The notes: a model not told the origin generated them from the letters alone. DNA of 64,000 bases from Bacilli bacterium (GCA_017441065.1 JAFSAI010000033.1:2581-66580); one strand, 5' to 3'; shown: positions 9,626 through 20,449, numbered from the stretch's first letter. Program-made: numbers and translations.

Positions 9626-9858
9626 AGAAAATTTTGTTGAGAAAATCAAAAACTCTACTTACCTGTAGAGTTTGTTCACACAATTTGTTTTATTTCAATA
9701 TATTATTATAGGTGATTATATTTATGCCTTTCAAAAACAATCCAACTATATTTATTTTATTTGCAATTGGTTTAGCTATACTTATTTGCTATCAATTACT
9801 TATAACTTTCATTTTACCATTTAGATACAATATTTTTATATTAACCGTCGAAATCATA

Positions 9859-10758
9859 TTATTCATCAGTTGTGTTGCTAGAATAATATGGTGCTAAAAA
9901 AGCTTCTGTTTTATATATATAATCTAATTGTTTTCTCATTTCCTTACAACATTCAAATTCATTATCTGTAAATTTAATTTCTGGCACTAAAGATATCAAA
10001 ACAAAAAATAGTTTTTGTTCATGTTCAGAAAGAGATGCCACTCCCAAATATTTTTGAAATATCGTCGAAAATTCTAATTCCCAAAAATTATTTTGATATA
10101 GTTTAACTAAATCTAAAACAGGAGTATCAAATTTCGCTTTATCCCAACTAATTAAATAATCTTTATCACTTCTAATATAATGATCTAAACTTAAATTATT
10201 ATGAATGAGAGATATCCTCTCATTCTTTTTACTACTTACTAATGAATACCAATTATCAAGTTCATTTTCACTAAAATTCAAAGCAGAAATTATCTTTGAA
10301 TAGTTCCTTACAAATTGATATTTAGATGGTGACATATATATTTCTTTTATAAATAATTCATAATATCTTAAATAGTAATCTTTTAAATAAAGAATATTAT
10401 TTTTTATATCTTCATAAATTGCTTTATAAGTTTCTTCACTTACTTCTTTATTAAAAGATGTTTTTGAATGTAAAAGACCAACCAAATTAATTAAATCTTC
10501 ACTCTTTTGCGGATTTATAACGTCTTCATCTTCCACATATTCATATACATAAGCATCATCTCTACTATCTCCATATATGTTTGGAAAGTAGTCAAAATTT
10601 CTTGATTTAAGATAATTAAATATACTAGGTAAATCTTTATTTTTAGGTTTCTTTTTTACTACAAAATTACCACTGGTTGTTTCTAAAATAGTACAACTAC
10701 CTTTAATTGTATATCTATATGGTTTATATAAAGATTTTAAAGATTCTAATTTATTCAT
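9859..10758 (-). CDS. CotS/YsxE-like kinase-fold spore coat protein
   Basis: 299 aa, composition like a CotS-family phosphotransferase. Lies immediately downstream of a SpoVID-like gene, as in the B. subtilis spoVID-ysxE operon, and overlaps it by 8 nt. Confidence 0.45.
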   Translation of the reverse strand: MNKLESLKSLYKPYRYTIKGSCTILETTSGNFVVKKKPKNKDLPSIFNYLKSRNFDYFPNIYGDSRDDAYVYEYVEDEDVINPQKSEDLINLVGLLHSKTSFNKEVSEETYKAIYEDIKNNILYLKDYYLRYYELFIKEIYMSPSKYQFVRNYSKIISALNFSENELDNWYSLVSSKKNERISLIHNNLSLDHYIRSDKDYLISWDKAKFDTPVLDLVKLYQNNFWELEFSTIFQKYLGVASLSEHEQKLFFVLISLVPEIKFTDNEFECCKEMRKQLDYIYKTEAFLAPYYSSNTTDE

Positions 10759-11530
10759 CTAATTTAGGAATTAATATTTTATCTCCCATAGTCATATTAT
10801 CAATATTATTATATTCTTGAACTAGATTAAGTGATGCATTATACATTGAACAAATACTTTCAATTGTTTCATTTTCTTTTACTATATGAATGTGATATGT
10901 AACAAACGTATCATCACTATCTTTTATTGTATCCATAATTGTTTTTTCTTCTTCCATTGAAACCCTTTCTTCAAGAATTACTTCTTCATTTATTTTTTCA
11001 GGTTCTTCTTTTTGTACCATTTCCTTCTTTTCTTCAATTTTAACTTCATCGATTAAAGTTACTGGGGCATCTTTTCTTTCTTCTAACTCAACTTCTTCAC
11101 ATACATCTTCTTTATCTTCTTCTACAGATGTTTCTAAAAAAGAATCTATATAAGCAAGTTCACTTTCTAATTCTTCTTCATCAACTCTTTCAAATAACGT
11201 ATCATTATCTTCTTCTACTTCCGCTTTTAATGAATACTCAATATTTACTTTTAATAATTTTCCTGAAACATCATAAGAAAAATCTTCAATATTAAATTCT
11301 AAAGTATCTTTCTTAATATCATCTCTTAATTCAACAGTAAATGGCAAAGTATAATTAAATGGTTCTCTATTAATACTCACTTCATGAACACGATATTCAC
11401 CACTTATATAAAAATTACCAAGAACAACTCCATCATTAACATTAAATTCATGTTCTAAAGACATTTTTGTTATTTCACTAATATTTGTTTTAAATTCAAT
11501 TTCACTTTCAAAAGGTATTTTAATAAACAT
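10751..11530 (-). CDS. spoVID: SpoVID-like spore coat morphogenetic protein (N-terminal SpoVID domain, acidic linker, C-terminal LysM)
   Basis: N-terminal blocks align to B. subtilis SpoVID (ISGEYRV vs LTGEYNI; FNIEDFSYDVSGKLLKVNIEYSL vs FIDAFDYQLTDSRILTIQADL). Glu-rich middle. C-terminal LysM-like ETIESICSMYNASLNLVQEYNNI...GDKILIP. Confidence 0.6.
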   Translation of the reverse strand: MFIKIPFESEIEFKTNISEITKMSLEHEFNVNDGVVLGNFYISGEYRVHEVSINREPFNYTLPFTVELRDDIKKDTLEFNIEDFSYDVSGKLLKVNIEYSLKAEVEEDNDTLFERVDEEELESELAYIDSFLETSVEEDKEDVCEEVELEERKDAPVTLIDEVKIEEKKEMVQKEEPEKINEEVILEERVSMEEEKTIMDTIKDSDDTFVTYHIHIVKENETIESICSMYNASLNLVQEYNNIDNMTMGDKILIPKLDE

Positions 11531-11577
11531 ATTATCATCTCCTAAAAAATAATATGTTATAAAAAAAATAATATAAC

Positions 11578-13905
11578 TTATGCTATATTATTTTCTTCTT
11601 CATTTATTTTAAATAAATCATTATATATAGTATCAAAATTATTAACTAATTTTATATCTACATTTTCAATTATTTGTTTTGGAATATCTTTTAAATCAAC
11701 ACTATTATCTTCAGGAACATATACTGTTTCTATTCCCGCATTATAAGCAGCAATTAATTTTTCTTTTAAACCACCAACTCTTAAGATATTCCCTTTTAAT
11801 GATATTTCACCAGTAAACGCTATTTTTTCACTTACTTTTATATCTAATAGTTTAGATAGAATAACTGTAGTTATTGCTACCCCACAAGATGGTCCTTCTT
11901 TTTTTGTCGCACCATCCAATAAATGAATATGGATTGTATGATTATAAAACATTGTATTGCTTACATAATTCTTTTCTTTAATAAAAGAAGTTGCTACATG
12001 AATACTTTCTTTTAACACATCACCTAAAGAACCTGTTACAAGTATTTTCTCTTCTCCATTATAGATTGAACACTCAATTTGTAAATTAATACCACCTAAA
12101 GGTGTATAAGCAAGGGCATTAACAATACCAGATTCACTAATCTCTTTATTTTCAATATTAACAATTGGATCTTTTAAATATTTCATTAAATCAATATTAC
12201 TTACTGTATAACTATCACTTTTACTAGTAACTACTTTAGTAACTAATGTTCTAAGCACTCTAGTTAAATTTCTGACACCAGATTCTTTAGTATAATTATT
12301 AATTAAATATATTAAAGTTTCATCTTTCATCACTAATTTTTTGCTTAAACCAAATTCTTCATATATTTTAGGCAAAATGTATTTTTTTGCTATATCAATT
12401 TTTTCAAATACAGTATAACTAGATAATTCAATTATTTCTAATCTATCATATAAAGTATATGGTATATTTTCAATGTTATTAGCAGTTAACACAAAGAATA
12501 CATTGCTTAAATCAAATGGTTCTTCAATATAATTATCTACAAATTGTTTATTTTGAGTACTATCTAAAATATCTAATAATGTACTAGCAGGATCACCTTT
12601 GTAATCTTTAACCATTTTATCTACTTCATCAATTAAGATTACTGGATTATTTGTATTACATTTTTTTAATCCTTGAATAATTTTACCAGGAAGTGCTCCT
12701 AGGTAAGTACGACGATTACCTACAAGTTCAGTTGAATCGTTTAATCCTCCAACGCTTACTTTATAAAACTCTCTATTTAAAGCTTCAGCAATACTTTTAG
12801 TAATAGTAGTTTTACCAACACCTGGAGGACCTACTAAGCATATTATTGGACTGCTGATATTCGGATTAATATTTTTAACATTAATATAGTCTTCTATTCT
12901 TTCTTTAACTATATCAAGTCCATAATGACTTTTATTTAAACTATTTAAAACCGGTTTAACAGTTAATGTTTCTTTACTACTATTATTCCATGGTAAATTT
13001 AATACCCAATCCAAGTAACTTCTTATAACAGAATTTTCCGGAGAATTTATTGAAGCATTTTCTAATTTTTTAATTTCTGTTAACAATTTATTATGAGTTT
13101 TATCTGATAATTTTAATTTATCTAATTTATCATAATAATTTTTAATTTCTTCATTAGAATTATCTTTTAACCCTAAAGTATTTTCTATTTCTTTAATTTT
13201 TTCTTTTAAATAATATTCTTCTTGCTCTAAGGATAATCTAACTTGAACATTATTATCAATTTTCGCTTCTAATTTTGCATATTTAATTTCTAATTTTATA
13301 TCTCTAATTAAAGATAACGCTCTTTTCTCACAATTGATTTGTTGCATATAATCTAATTTTTTAGAAGTACTTAAAGGCAAGAATGTAGTAATTGCATCAG
13401 TAAGTAAATTTAAATCATCATTTTCATTAACAGTTTTTAAAATACTATTTGAAATATTTGGTGCTGAATTAATATAATCATTTAATATTTCTTTTAATTT
13501 TTTTCTAATGATTTTTTCTCCCGCTTCTTCTAATTTAGGAAGAATGATATCTGTTACTACTGCATCAATTATTTCGCTACTAAAAGATTCATAATCTAGT
13601 ATTTTAACTCTTTTTTCTCCTTTTAAAGTTACTCTTAAATTTCCATTAGAAAGCTCTATTTTATTTTTTATATATGCTACTACACCAACATTCGGTAAAT
13701 CTTCAATCGAAGGATCATTATTTTTAGAATTACGAGGTGAAAGAATAAGGACACGATTATCATATTTCTTACTACTAACTTTAATTATTTTTTTGCTTAT
13801 TTCATCTTTTAATTCAAGTTTTATCTCTTGAAAGGGCAAAATCACTAAATCTTTAAGCATCATTACTAGTAGTGTGTAGTCCATATTGCACCTCCGAAAA
13901 TACAA
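11578..13905 (-). CDS. lon: ATP-dependent protease Lon (LonA)
   Basis: N-terminal LON domain. AAA+ Walker A GPPGVGKTT and Walker B ILIDEVDK. C-terminal protease domain with the catalytic Ser in PKEGPSCGVAITT. The true start may be an internal Met (M8 or M15). Confidence 0.95.
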   Translation of the reverse strand: MYFRRCNMDYTLLVMMLKDLVILPFQEIKLELKDEISKKIIKVSSKKYDNRVLILSPRNSKNNDPSIEDLPNVGVVAYIKNKIELSNGNLRVTLKGEKRVKILDYESFSSEIIDAVVTDIILPKLEEAGEKIIRKKLKEILNDYINSAPNISNSILKTVNENDDLNLLTDAITTFLPLSTSKKLDYMQQINCEKRALSLIRDIKLEIKYAKLEAKIDNNVQVRLSLEQEEYYLKEKIKEIENTLGLKDNSNEEIKNYYDKLDKLKLSDKTHNKLLTEIKKLENASINSPENSVIRSYLDWVLNLPWNNSSKETLTVKPVLNSLNKSHYGLDIVKERIEDYINVKNINPNISSPIICLVGPPGVGKTTITKSIAEALNREFYKVSVGGLNDSTELVGNRRTYLGALPGKIIQGLKKCNTNNPVILIDEVDKMVKDYKGDPASTLLDILDSTQNKQFVDNYIEEPFDLSNVFFVLTANNIENIPYTLYDRLEIIELSSYTVFEKIDIAKKYILPKIYEEFGLSKKLVMKDETLIYLINNYTKESGVRNLTRVLRTLVTKVVTSKSDSYTVSNIDLMKYLKDPIVNIENKEISESGIVNALAYTPLGGINLQIECSIYNGEEKILVTGSLGDVLKESIHVATSFIKEKNYVSNTMFYNHTIHIHLLDGATKKEGPSCGVAITTVILSKLLDIKVSEKIAFTGEISLKGNILRVGGLKEKLIAAYNAGIETVYVPEDNSVDLKDIPKQIIENVDIKLVNNFDTIYNDLFKINEEENNIA

Positions 13906-13967
13906 ATTTTATTATATAGAATTATTTTACTTTTGTCCACTGCAAAAACCAATTTTATAATTTTTAT

Positions 13968-14010
13968 CACAAAAAAAAACTAAAGTACTTAGTTTAGTAC
14001 TTTAGTTTAA
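13968..14010 (-). terminator. Rho-independent terminator after tig (perfect 13-bp palindrome)
   Basis: AAACTAAAGTACT-TAGTTT-AGTACTTTAGTTT followed on the minus strand by T9. Confidence 0.8.
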
Positions 14011-14026
14011 ATAATTATAATTTCTA

Positions 14027-15292
14027 TTATTTATTATTTTCTTTTAAAATTTCTAATGCTCTATGCATTTTCATATCGTATTTAACAACGTCTAATGTTC
14101 CATAAGCACCAATTAATTCTTCAACTTTAATTCCATAGTTATCAGCCATTTCTTTAGCTTTAGCTTCAACTTCTTTTTCAGTAAAGTCAATTTTTTCTTG
14201 TTCTGCAATTTCTTCAATTACATAACGATATTTAATTCTCTTAGTTGCTTCTGGTTCCATTTGTTTATGTAAGTCTTCATGAGATGTTCCAGTTAATTGG
14301 AAGTATTGTTCCATATCAATACCTTGAGCTCTTAATTGTTGTGCATAACCATCAATCATTCTATGAACTTCTTCAGAAATAATTTCTGGATTAATTTCAA
14401 CTTCTAATTTTTCTGAAGCTGCAGCAAGTAAATCTTCTACAAATTTATCTTCAATTTCTGCTTCTTTTCTTTGTTTAATAGTTTTTTCAACTTCTTTTTC
14501 AAATTCTTCTTTAGTTTTAACTTCTAATCCTAAATCAGCATAGAAATCTTCATTAATTTCTGGTAATACTCTTGTTTTGATTTCATGAATAGTAACTTTG
14601 AAAGTAACTGGTTTATTTTTTAAATCTTCAACATAGTTTTCTGGGAATGTTAAATTAAGTTCAACTTCTTCTCCAGTTTTCTTTCCAACTAATCCTTCTT
14701 CAAATCCAGGAATAAATGTATGAGAACCAATTTCTAAAGGATAATTTTCACCTTTTCCGCCATCTAATGCTCTGCCATCAACATAACCATCAAAATCAAT
14801 TACTACAGTATCGCCATTTGCTACAACGCCGTCTTCTTTAACAACTACTTCTGCAAGTTGAGTTCTTAAAGTTTCGATTTCGGCATTTAATTCTTCTTTA
14901 GAAACTTTAGCTTTTTCTTTCTTTACTCCTAAATCTTTATAACTAGCTAATTTAACTTCAGGTTTAGTAATAATAGTAAATTTAAAAATAACAGATCCAT
15001 CACTAATTCCAGTAACATCTACTGCTGGTTCAATAATTGGATGTAAATCATTAGTTTCTAATAATTCTTTATAAGCTACATTTATTGCTTCATTAATAGC
15101 TTCACCATATAAAGATTCAACACCATATTTTTTTAAATAAACATCTTTAGGTGCAGCACCTTTTCTAAAACCATCTATTTCGATATCTTTATTTACTTTT
15201 TTAAAAGCATTATCTAAACATTTAGTCCATTTTTCGCCTTCTAATTTAATTTCTATTTCGTGTACGTTTTTCATTAAAACTCCTTCTTTCAA
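14027..15292 (-). CDS. tig: Trigger factor
   Basis: Ribosome-binding N-domain with the GFRKGAAP motif. FKBP-type PPIase middle domain. C-terminal arm. Probable start at MKNVHEIEIK. Confidence 0.95.
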   Translation of the reverse strand: MKEGVLMKNVHEIEIKLEGEKWTKCLDNAFKKVNKDIEIDGFRKGAAPKDVYLKKYGVESLYGEAINEAINVAYKELLETNDLHPIIEPAVDVTGISDGSVIFKFTIITKPEVKLASYKDLGVKKEKAKVSKEELNAEIETLRTQLAEVVVKEDGVVANGDTVVIDFDGYVDGRALDGGKGENYPLEIGSHTFIPGFEEGLVGKKTGEEVELNLTFPENYVEDLKNKPVTFKVTIHEIKTRVLPEINEDFYADLGLEVKTKEEFEKEVEKTIKQRKEAEIEDKFVEDLLAAASEKLEVEINPEIISEEVHRMIDGYAQQLRAQGIDMEQYFQLTGTSHEDLHKQMEPEATKRIKYRYVIEEIAEQEKIDFTEKEVEAKAKEMADNYGIKVEELIGAYGTLDVVKYDMKMHRALEILKENNK

Positions 15293-15366
15293 TTAGATAT
15301 TATAATATATTTAATCTTTTTTTACAACCCTTATAAACTTTTATAAAAATTAAAAAAGCCTTTAAT

Positions 15367-15837
15367 TTAGGCTACTTTTAATATTTTAATATTGTATCCA
15401 CCATTTGGGCTTTCAACTAATACTGTATCACCAGTTTTATGTCCCTTAATAGCTAAACCAATTGGTGATTCAACAGATATTTTATTATTAAATGGATCTG
15501 CTTCTACAGAAGAAACTAATTTATATTCTTCTTCATCTCCATCTTCATCTTGGATAGTAACTACTGAACCAATTCCAGCACTACCACCTTTTTTAGCAGG
15601 ATCTACAATCTTACTATGTTCTAATTTATATTCTAATTCTTTTATTCTTGCTTCAATTTGAGCTTGTTCATTTCTAGCTGCATCATAATCAGCATTTTCT
15701 GATAAATCGCCTTGAGCTCTAGCTTCTTTTAAAGCATTTATAATTTCTGGTCTTCTTACGTTTTTAAGTTCATTTACTTCAGTTTCTAACTCTAAATATC
15801 CTTCAGCAGTTAGTTCGAAAAAATCTTCATTTCTCAT
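15367..15837 (-). CDS. greA: Transcription elongation factor GreA
   Basis: 156 aa with an N-terminal coiled-coil carrying an acidic tip and a C-terminal FKBP-like domain. A terminator hairpin (AGCCT-AAATTAA-AGGCT + T6) overlaps the stop. Confidence 0.9.
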   Translation of the reverse strand: MRNEDFFELTAEGYLELETEVNELKNVRRPEIINALKEARAQGDLSENADYDAARNEQAQIEARIKELEYKLEHSKIVDPAKKGGSAGIGSVVTIQDEDGDEEEYKLVSSVEADPFNNKISVESPIGLAIKGHKTGDTVLVESPNGGYNIKILKVA

Positions 15838-15877
15838 ATCAAAAATCTCTCCTTTTTAATCAACGTACAAAATGATA

Positions 15878-17062
15878 CTATAAAACACATTTTTTGTCAA
15901 ATACTTTTATGCGCATCATTGAGTATTTTTCAACTTCAGTATCAATAGGTAATTTAACAATCATTTTTGGATGTCTAGCTATGTCAATATCATCGCCATC
16001 TTCATTCTTAATTGTACTTATAGTATATGTAAATGTTTCCATATTAGGACCAATAAATTCAACTACATCACCAACTTTGAAATAATTTCTTTGTTCTAAT
16101 GTAATCATTTTATTATTCTTATCATAATCCATTACTATACCTAAGAAATCTTGATTAGAAATTTCTACTCTATCCGAAAAATAACTTTCATTTACTCCCG
16201 GAAATTTATTATAAAATTGTGGTTTAGTATCACGATTAGCTACGCGATCTAATATCTTACTATAATAAATTTTATCTTCTTCAGTTAATGTCTTATTTAA
16301 AATGCCATCAATCATTTTACGATAACACATAATAACTGTGGCAATATAATAAACAGAACGCATTCTTCCTTCTACTTTAAAAGAATTTACCCCCATATTT
16401 ATCATATCTTCTAAATATTCAACCATATTTAAATCTTTACTCATAAAAGTAAAGTCTGGTTTATCTTTATTTTCAAATACCCAACGACATATTTGAGCAC
16501 ATCCACCACGATTTGAATCTCTATTTGTACAATAATTAGATAAAACACATTTACCACTTATTGAAGTACACATAGCTCCATGAATAAAACATTCTAATTC
16601 TACACCAGTTTCTTCTTTAATTCTAATTATGTCTTCTCTTGTTGCTTCTCTACCTAGAACAATTCTAGTAACTCCTAGATTCTTCCAAAAGTTTACAGCT
16701 TCATAATTAAGTGTACTTGCTTGCGTAGATAAAATTATATCTAAACCTACTTCTTTAGCTAGTTTTACCCCAACTATATCACTTACTATTACAGCATCAA
16801 CATTTATTTCTTTTAGTTTTTGTAAATATTCTTTTAAATTCAATAAATTTTTATCATGAAAAACTATATTAACTGTAACATATACTTTTTTTCCTAAATT
16901 ATGAGCAAATTCACAAGCTTCATTTAATTCTTCAATACTAAAGTTTTTAGCATTAGCTCTTAGGCTATAATCTCTACCACCTACATATACAGCATCAGCA
17001 CCATATAAAAGAGCCATTTTTAATCTTTCTAAGTCTCCAGCAGGAGCTAATAACTCAGTCAT
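15878..17062 (-). CDS. Peptidase U32 family protein (YrrO/TrhP-type)
   Basis: 394 aa of U32 collagenase-like family with conserved Cys residues. Third gene of the yrrM-yrrN-yrrO-like operon. Confidence 0.8.
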   Translation of the reverse strand: MTELLAPAGDLERLKMALLYGADAVYVGGRDYSLRANAKNFSIEELNEACEFAHNLGKKVYVTVNIVFHDKNLLNLKEYLQKLKEINVDAVIVSDIVGVKLAKEVGLDIILSTQASTLNYEAVNFWKNLGVTRIVLGREATREDIIRIKEETGVELECFIHGAMCTSISGKCVLSNYCTNRDSNRGGCAQICRWVFENKDKPDFTFMSKDLNMVEYLEDMINMGVNSFKVEGRMRSVYYIATVIMCYRKMIDGILNKTLTEEDKIYYSKILDRVANRDTKPQFYNKFPGVNESYFSDRVEISNQDFLGIVMDYDKNNKMITLEQRNYFKVGDVVEFIGPNMETFTYTISTIKNEDGDDIDIARHPKMIVKLPIDTEVEKYSMMRIKVFDKKCVL

Positions 17063-17840
17063 TAGAACCTCCTTTTAATTTATAAATAGTTTCAGTATAC
17101 AAGAAACCTTTATCACTATCTATTTCAGTATCTTCTTTATTTAACATTTTTATAATATCATCCATATTCATAAATACACTATTAACAAAATAATATTTAG
17201 CATCTAATTCCATTAATTCTAAACCATTAAATATTTTATTATGATAAAAATAAGTTCCATAATCATTTTCATATACTATAAATTTATGACCTGTATTATC
17301 TATTACTAATGGATTTTCTTTTTCAATATTATAAAACTTACTATAATTATCTATTAATAATCTTCTAGAATACATTACTCCTGTATAACCTAAAGTAAAT
17401 AAAGTAATTCCTTTTTTAGCATTTTTAATAATAACTTCTATTTCTTCTTTAGTTATATCAGTTGATAATATTACTGAATCAACCATATCCAAATAAATAT
17501 TAACTGACTTGCTATTAGTATTGAAATGACTTAAATAAAGTATTTTTTCAATATCTAAATCTTTAATTAATTCCATAATTCCTAAATCATCAAAAATAAT
17601 TCCTTTAATATTTTCCGGCATATTATGAAGAATTTCTCTTAAATCATCAATTCCTTTATTATCTAAAATTCTATTAATAAATATATAACCATCACAAGGT
17701 ATTTCAGAAATTAAAAAAGTATTAGGTATGCCTACACAAAATCCTTTTAAAGGAAAAACATATTTTGTTATACCTAATTCTTTTAATTTATCTATATCTT
17801 CTAAGTTGTTAATTGTAATTAAAATCTTATTATTTTTCAT
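17055..17840 (-). CDS. Peptidase U32 family protein, short form (YrrN-type)
   Basis: 261 aa. Positioned between the O-methyltransferase and the long U32 gene, exactly as in B. subtilis yrrMNO. Overlaps both neighbours. Confidence 0.6.
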   Translation of the reverse strand: MKNNKILITINNLEDIDKLKELGITKYVFPLKGFCVGIPNTFLISEIPCDGYIFINRILDNKGIDDLREILHNMPENIKGIIFDDLGIMELIKDLDIEKILYLSHFNTNSKSVNIYLDMVDSVILSTDITKEEIEVIIKNAKKGITLFTLGYTGVMYSRRLLIDNYSKFYNIEKENPLVIDNTGHKFIVYENDYGTYFYHNKIFNGLELMELDAKYYFVNSVFMNMDDIIKMLNKEDTEIDSDKGFLYTETIYKLKGGSND

Positions 17841-18426
17841 CTTTCCATGTACTTACAGAAAGTCCATCACCAATATCATAGAATGTAGTATCAAATTCTT
17901 CGTTTTCTTTTAAGAAATCTATATAATTTTCTATTTTTTGTACTAATCCTTTTAAGTTCTTACTTTCAATTTTATCAGATTTACCAACGTAACCATGAAA
18001 TTTTAAATTGTCAGTAATTATGGCACCATCTTCTTTTAAGAAATATTTATACTTTTCAAAAAATCTTTCATATTGTCCTTTTGCTGCATCAATGAAAATT
18101 AAATCATACTTTAAATCTTCTGATAAATTTACATCTAAAGCATCTTGGAATACAACATTAATTTTTTTATCTAAACCACATTTCTTAACGTTTTTTAGAC
18201 ATTCCATATACCTTTCTTCATCACGTTCAATTGTTGTAACAAATGCATCATTAGTTGCACTTGCCATAAGGATTGCAGAATACCCAATAGCTGCTCCTAT
18301 TTCTAATATATTTTTTACATTATTATCTTTAATATATTTCATAATAAATGCAATTGATTTCTTTTCAATTATAGGAACATTCTTCTCCTGGGCATAATCT
18401 TCCATTTCTAATATTAATTCTTTCAT
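17830..18426 (-). CDS. trmR: Class I SAM-dependent O-methyltransferase (YrrM/TrmR-type)
   Basis: 198 aa. SAM-binding motif LEIGAAIGYSAI. Catechol-O-methyltransferase fold. Conserved synteny with mltG and the U32 genes. Confidence 0.75.
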   Translation of the reverse strand: MKELILEMEDYAQEKNVPIIEKKSIAFIMKYIKDNNVKNILEIGAAIGYSAILMASATNDAFVTTIERDEERYMECLKNVKKCGLDKKINVVFQDALDVNLSEDLKYDLIFIDAAKGQYERFFEKYKYFLKEDGAIITDNLKFHGYVGKSDKIESKNLKGLVQKIENYIDFLKENEEFDTTFYDIGDGLSVSTWKDEK

Positions 18427-18434
18427 ATTACCAC

Positions 18435-19472
18435 CTAACCATATATTTGAATTAAATTTTGAAACTCACTATAAGTTTTGGCAAAATGTAATTTGCCTGT
18501 TTTTATATCAGCATAGAAATATATATAATCTGTATCACTAGGATTTAGCGCTGCTTTTATTGAAGCTTCACTTGGATTACATATTGGACCTACAGGTAAA
18601 CCCAAAAATGAAGTTCTCCTTGTATTATATGCATTTTCACTTTCTAAGTCACTCTTAGTTAAAGTTTCACTTAATGCTTTTTGAACACCATAATATGTTG
18701 TTACATCCATTCCTAAACTCATATTAATTGATAATCTTTTATATATAACTTGACTAGCTATGCTTCTGTCTTCGGGAACCATTGTTTCATTTTCAATTAT
18801 ACTTGCCATTGTAAGTATTTCATGAATATTATAATCTGATTCTTCCAAAGAAGTACTATAATTATCTAATACATTTTTAGTTTTATCAAGCATTTTTTCA
18901 ATTATTGTCTTTATACTAGCATCTTTATAGAACTCATATGTAGCTGGAAATAAGTATCCTTCTAATGGATAATAGATACTACTATTTAAAATAGTATCAT
19001 CTAAAAAGTCATATTTTTTAATTAACTCTTTCAAATAATTATTATCATTTAATACTTCTAAAACATCTTTTTCGCTATAACCAAATTTATCACTTATTGT
19101 TTTAACATAATCAGTTAATCTTTTTCCTTCAATAAATGTAACTGTTACAGTATCATTTATTACTCTACCACCACTAAGTATTTCAAAAATTTCTTTAGTA
19201 TCATATTTTCTATCTAATTCATATGTACCAGCTTGTATCATAATATCATTATTAAGTTTTACATATATCATACTAGATATTTTACTTTTTAAAAGCTTAG
19301 CTTCATATAAATTATTAATAACAAATTTTGTGCTTGTTCCACTTTCTACTTTAAATGTTACTTTTTCTGATTTATTACTAACACTTGTAAGCCCATAAAA
19401 ATATAAGCCAATCATTAATAATATTACTACTAAAATGCCTATCACAACTAAAATAATTCCTTTTTTCTTCAT
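18435..19472 (-). CDS. mltG: Endolytic murein transglycosylase MltG (YceG-like)
   Basis: N-terminal TM anchor followed by a YceG domain. Synteny with yrzB, ruvX and the yrrM-like gene. Confidence 0.85.
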   Translation of the reverse strand: MKKKGIILVVIGILVVILLMIGLYFYGLTSVSNKSEKVTFKVESGTSTKFVINNLYEAKLLKSKISSMIYVKLNNDIMIQAGTYELDRKYDTKEIFEILSGGRVINDTVTVTFIEGKRLTDYVKTISDKFGYSEKDVLEVLNDNNYLKELIKKYDFLDDTILNSSIYYPLEGYLFPATYEFYKDASIKTIIEKMLDKTKNVLDNYSTSLEESDYNIHEILTMASIIENETMVPEDRSIASQVIYKRLSINMSLGMDVTTYYGVQKALSETLTKSDLESENAYNTRRTSFLGLPVGPICNPSEASIKAALNPSDTDYIYFYADIKTGKLHFAKTYSEFQNLIQIYG

Positions 19473-19482
19473 ACCATCACTT

Positions 19483-19686
19483 CTATCCTTTTAACTTTTC
19501 TATCATATTATTGATAAATTCAAATTCACTATCATCTAGCACTTTTAATTTATCTTCTTCTAATCTACCACCATATATATTTTCAGTTAATCGATCTTTG
19601 TATATAACATATTTTTTATTATTCTTTTCTACTTCAAATAATATATCAAAATCTCTTTCTGTACCCTTATTATTCCTTAATATCAT
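19483..19686 (-). CDS. DUF1292 (YrzB-like) small protein
   Basis: 67 aa, acidic. Lies between ruvX and mltG as in B. subtilis. Confidence 0.7.
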   Translation of the reverse strand: MILRNNKGTERDFDILFEVEKNNKKYVIYKDRLTENIYGGRLEEDKLKVLDDSEFEFINNMIEKLKG

Positions 19687-20098
19687 TTTGACACCTTTTT
19701 AAATAACTTTCTAAAATAATACATGCTGCTATACTATCTATTCTATTCTTTGTATTCCTTACATTATCATTATTTAAATGTACTATATCTTCAGCAGTTT
19801 TTGTAGTTAGTCTTTCATCAACTAATTCTACTTGGATATTTTCATTTTCTAACATACTTTTAAATTGCATACTTCTATTACCAGCAAAGCCAATACTTCC
19901 ATCCATATTTTTAGGAAGTCCTAATACCACTAACTTAATATCATAATCATTAATAATTTTTTTTAATTCATTTAATGCAGCATTATAATCTTCAAAATTA
20001 AACTTTATTACTTTTAATGGACTAACTAAAGTGTTTGTTTTATCAGTTATACTAATTCCTAAAGTTTTAGTACCTAAATCTAAACCTAAATATCTCAT
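19670..20098 (-). CDS. ruvX: Putative pre-16S rRNA nuclease / Holliday junction resolvase-like RuvX (YqgF)
   Basis: Begins MRYLGLDLGTKTLGISITD, the YqgF signature. 142 aa. Confidence 0.9.
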   Translation of the reverse strand: MRYLGLDLGTKTLGISITDKTNTLVSPLKVIKFNFEDYNAALNELKKIINDYDIKLVVLGLPKNMDGSIGFAGNRSMQFKSMLENENIQVELVDERLTTKTAEDIVHLNNDNVRNTKNRIDSIAACIILESYLKRCQNDIKE

Positions 20099-20341
20099 TT
20101 ATCTTCCTTGATAATTATTAATCAATGCAAGTAATACTTCTTCTCTCTTTAAAGTTTTTATTTTTTCTCTTGCACCCTCATAATTTGATATATATGTAGG
20201 ATCTCCAGTCATTAGGTAACCTACTAATTGATTTTCTGCTTTATAACCTTTTCTATTTAATGATTCGATTACTTCATTTAATGTAAGTAAAATCATTTCT
20301 TGTCTCAAAGCAGCTACATTAAAAATACTAGTTCTGTCCAT
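20099..20341 (-). CDS. ireB: IreB-like UPF0297/DUF965 protein (YrzL)
   Basis: 80 aa with GYKAENQLVGYLMTGDPTYI matching the UPF0297 core. Upstream of ruvX, as in Bacilli. Confidence 0.8.
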   Translation of the reverse strand: MDRTSIFNVAALRQEMILLTLNEVIESLNRKGYKAENQLVGYLMTGDPTYISNYEGAREKIKTLKREEVLLALINNYQGR

Positions 20342-20419
20342 AAAAATACCTCATCGCTTCTTTAATAATTTTATCAAATAACACCTTTCATTTCAATATT
20401 AACCAAAAATTACTAAATA

Positions 20420-20442
20420 AGAAAAACTCGCTTTTGCGAGTT
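20420..20442 (-). terminator. Rho-independent terminator of surface-protein gene C
   Basis: Hairpin ACTCGC-TTTT-GCGAGT followed on the minus strand by TTTTTCTTATTT. Confidence 0.7.
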
Positions 20443-20449
20443 AATACTT

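Noticed and set aside
9712-9897. 61-aa plus-strand ORF (a 57-aa version with SD AGGTGA at 9724) between surface gene B and the ysxE-like gene
   Set aside because: It overlaps the 3' end of the ysxE-like CDS by about 39 nt and lies across that gene's terminator hairpin (9650-9680). It is probably an AT-rich chance ORF. Kept only as a very weak small-protein candidate.
13906-14026. CtsR box upstream of lon
   Set aside because: The closest sequence (GGTTTTTGCAGTGGACAAA on the minus strand) does not fit the GGTCAAA-NAN-GGTCAAA tandem heptad. It is more likely a plain sigma-A promoter (TTGTCC / TATAAT).
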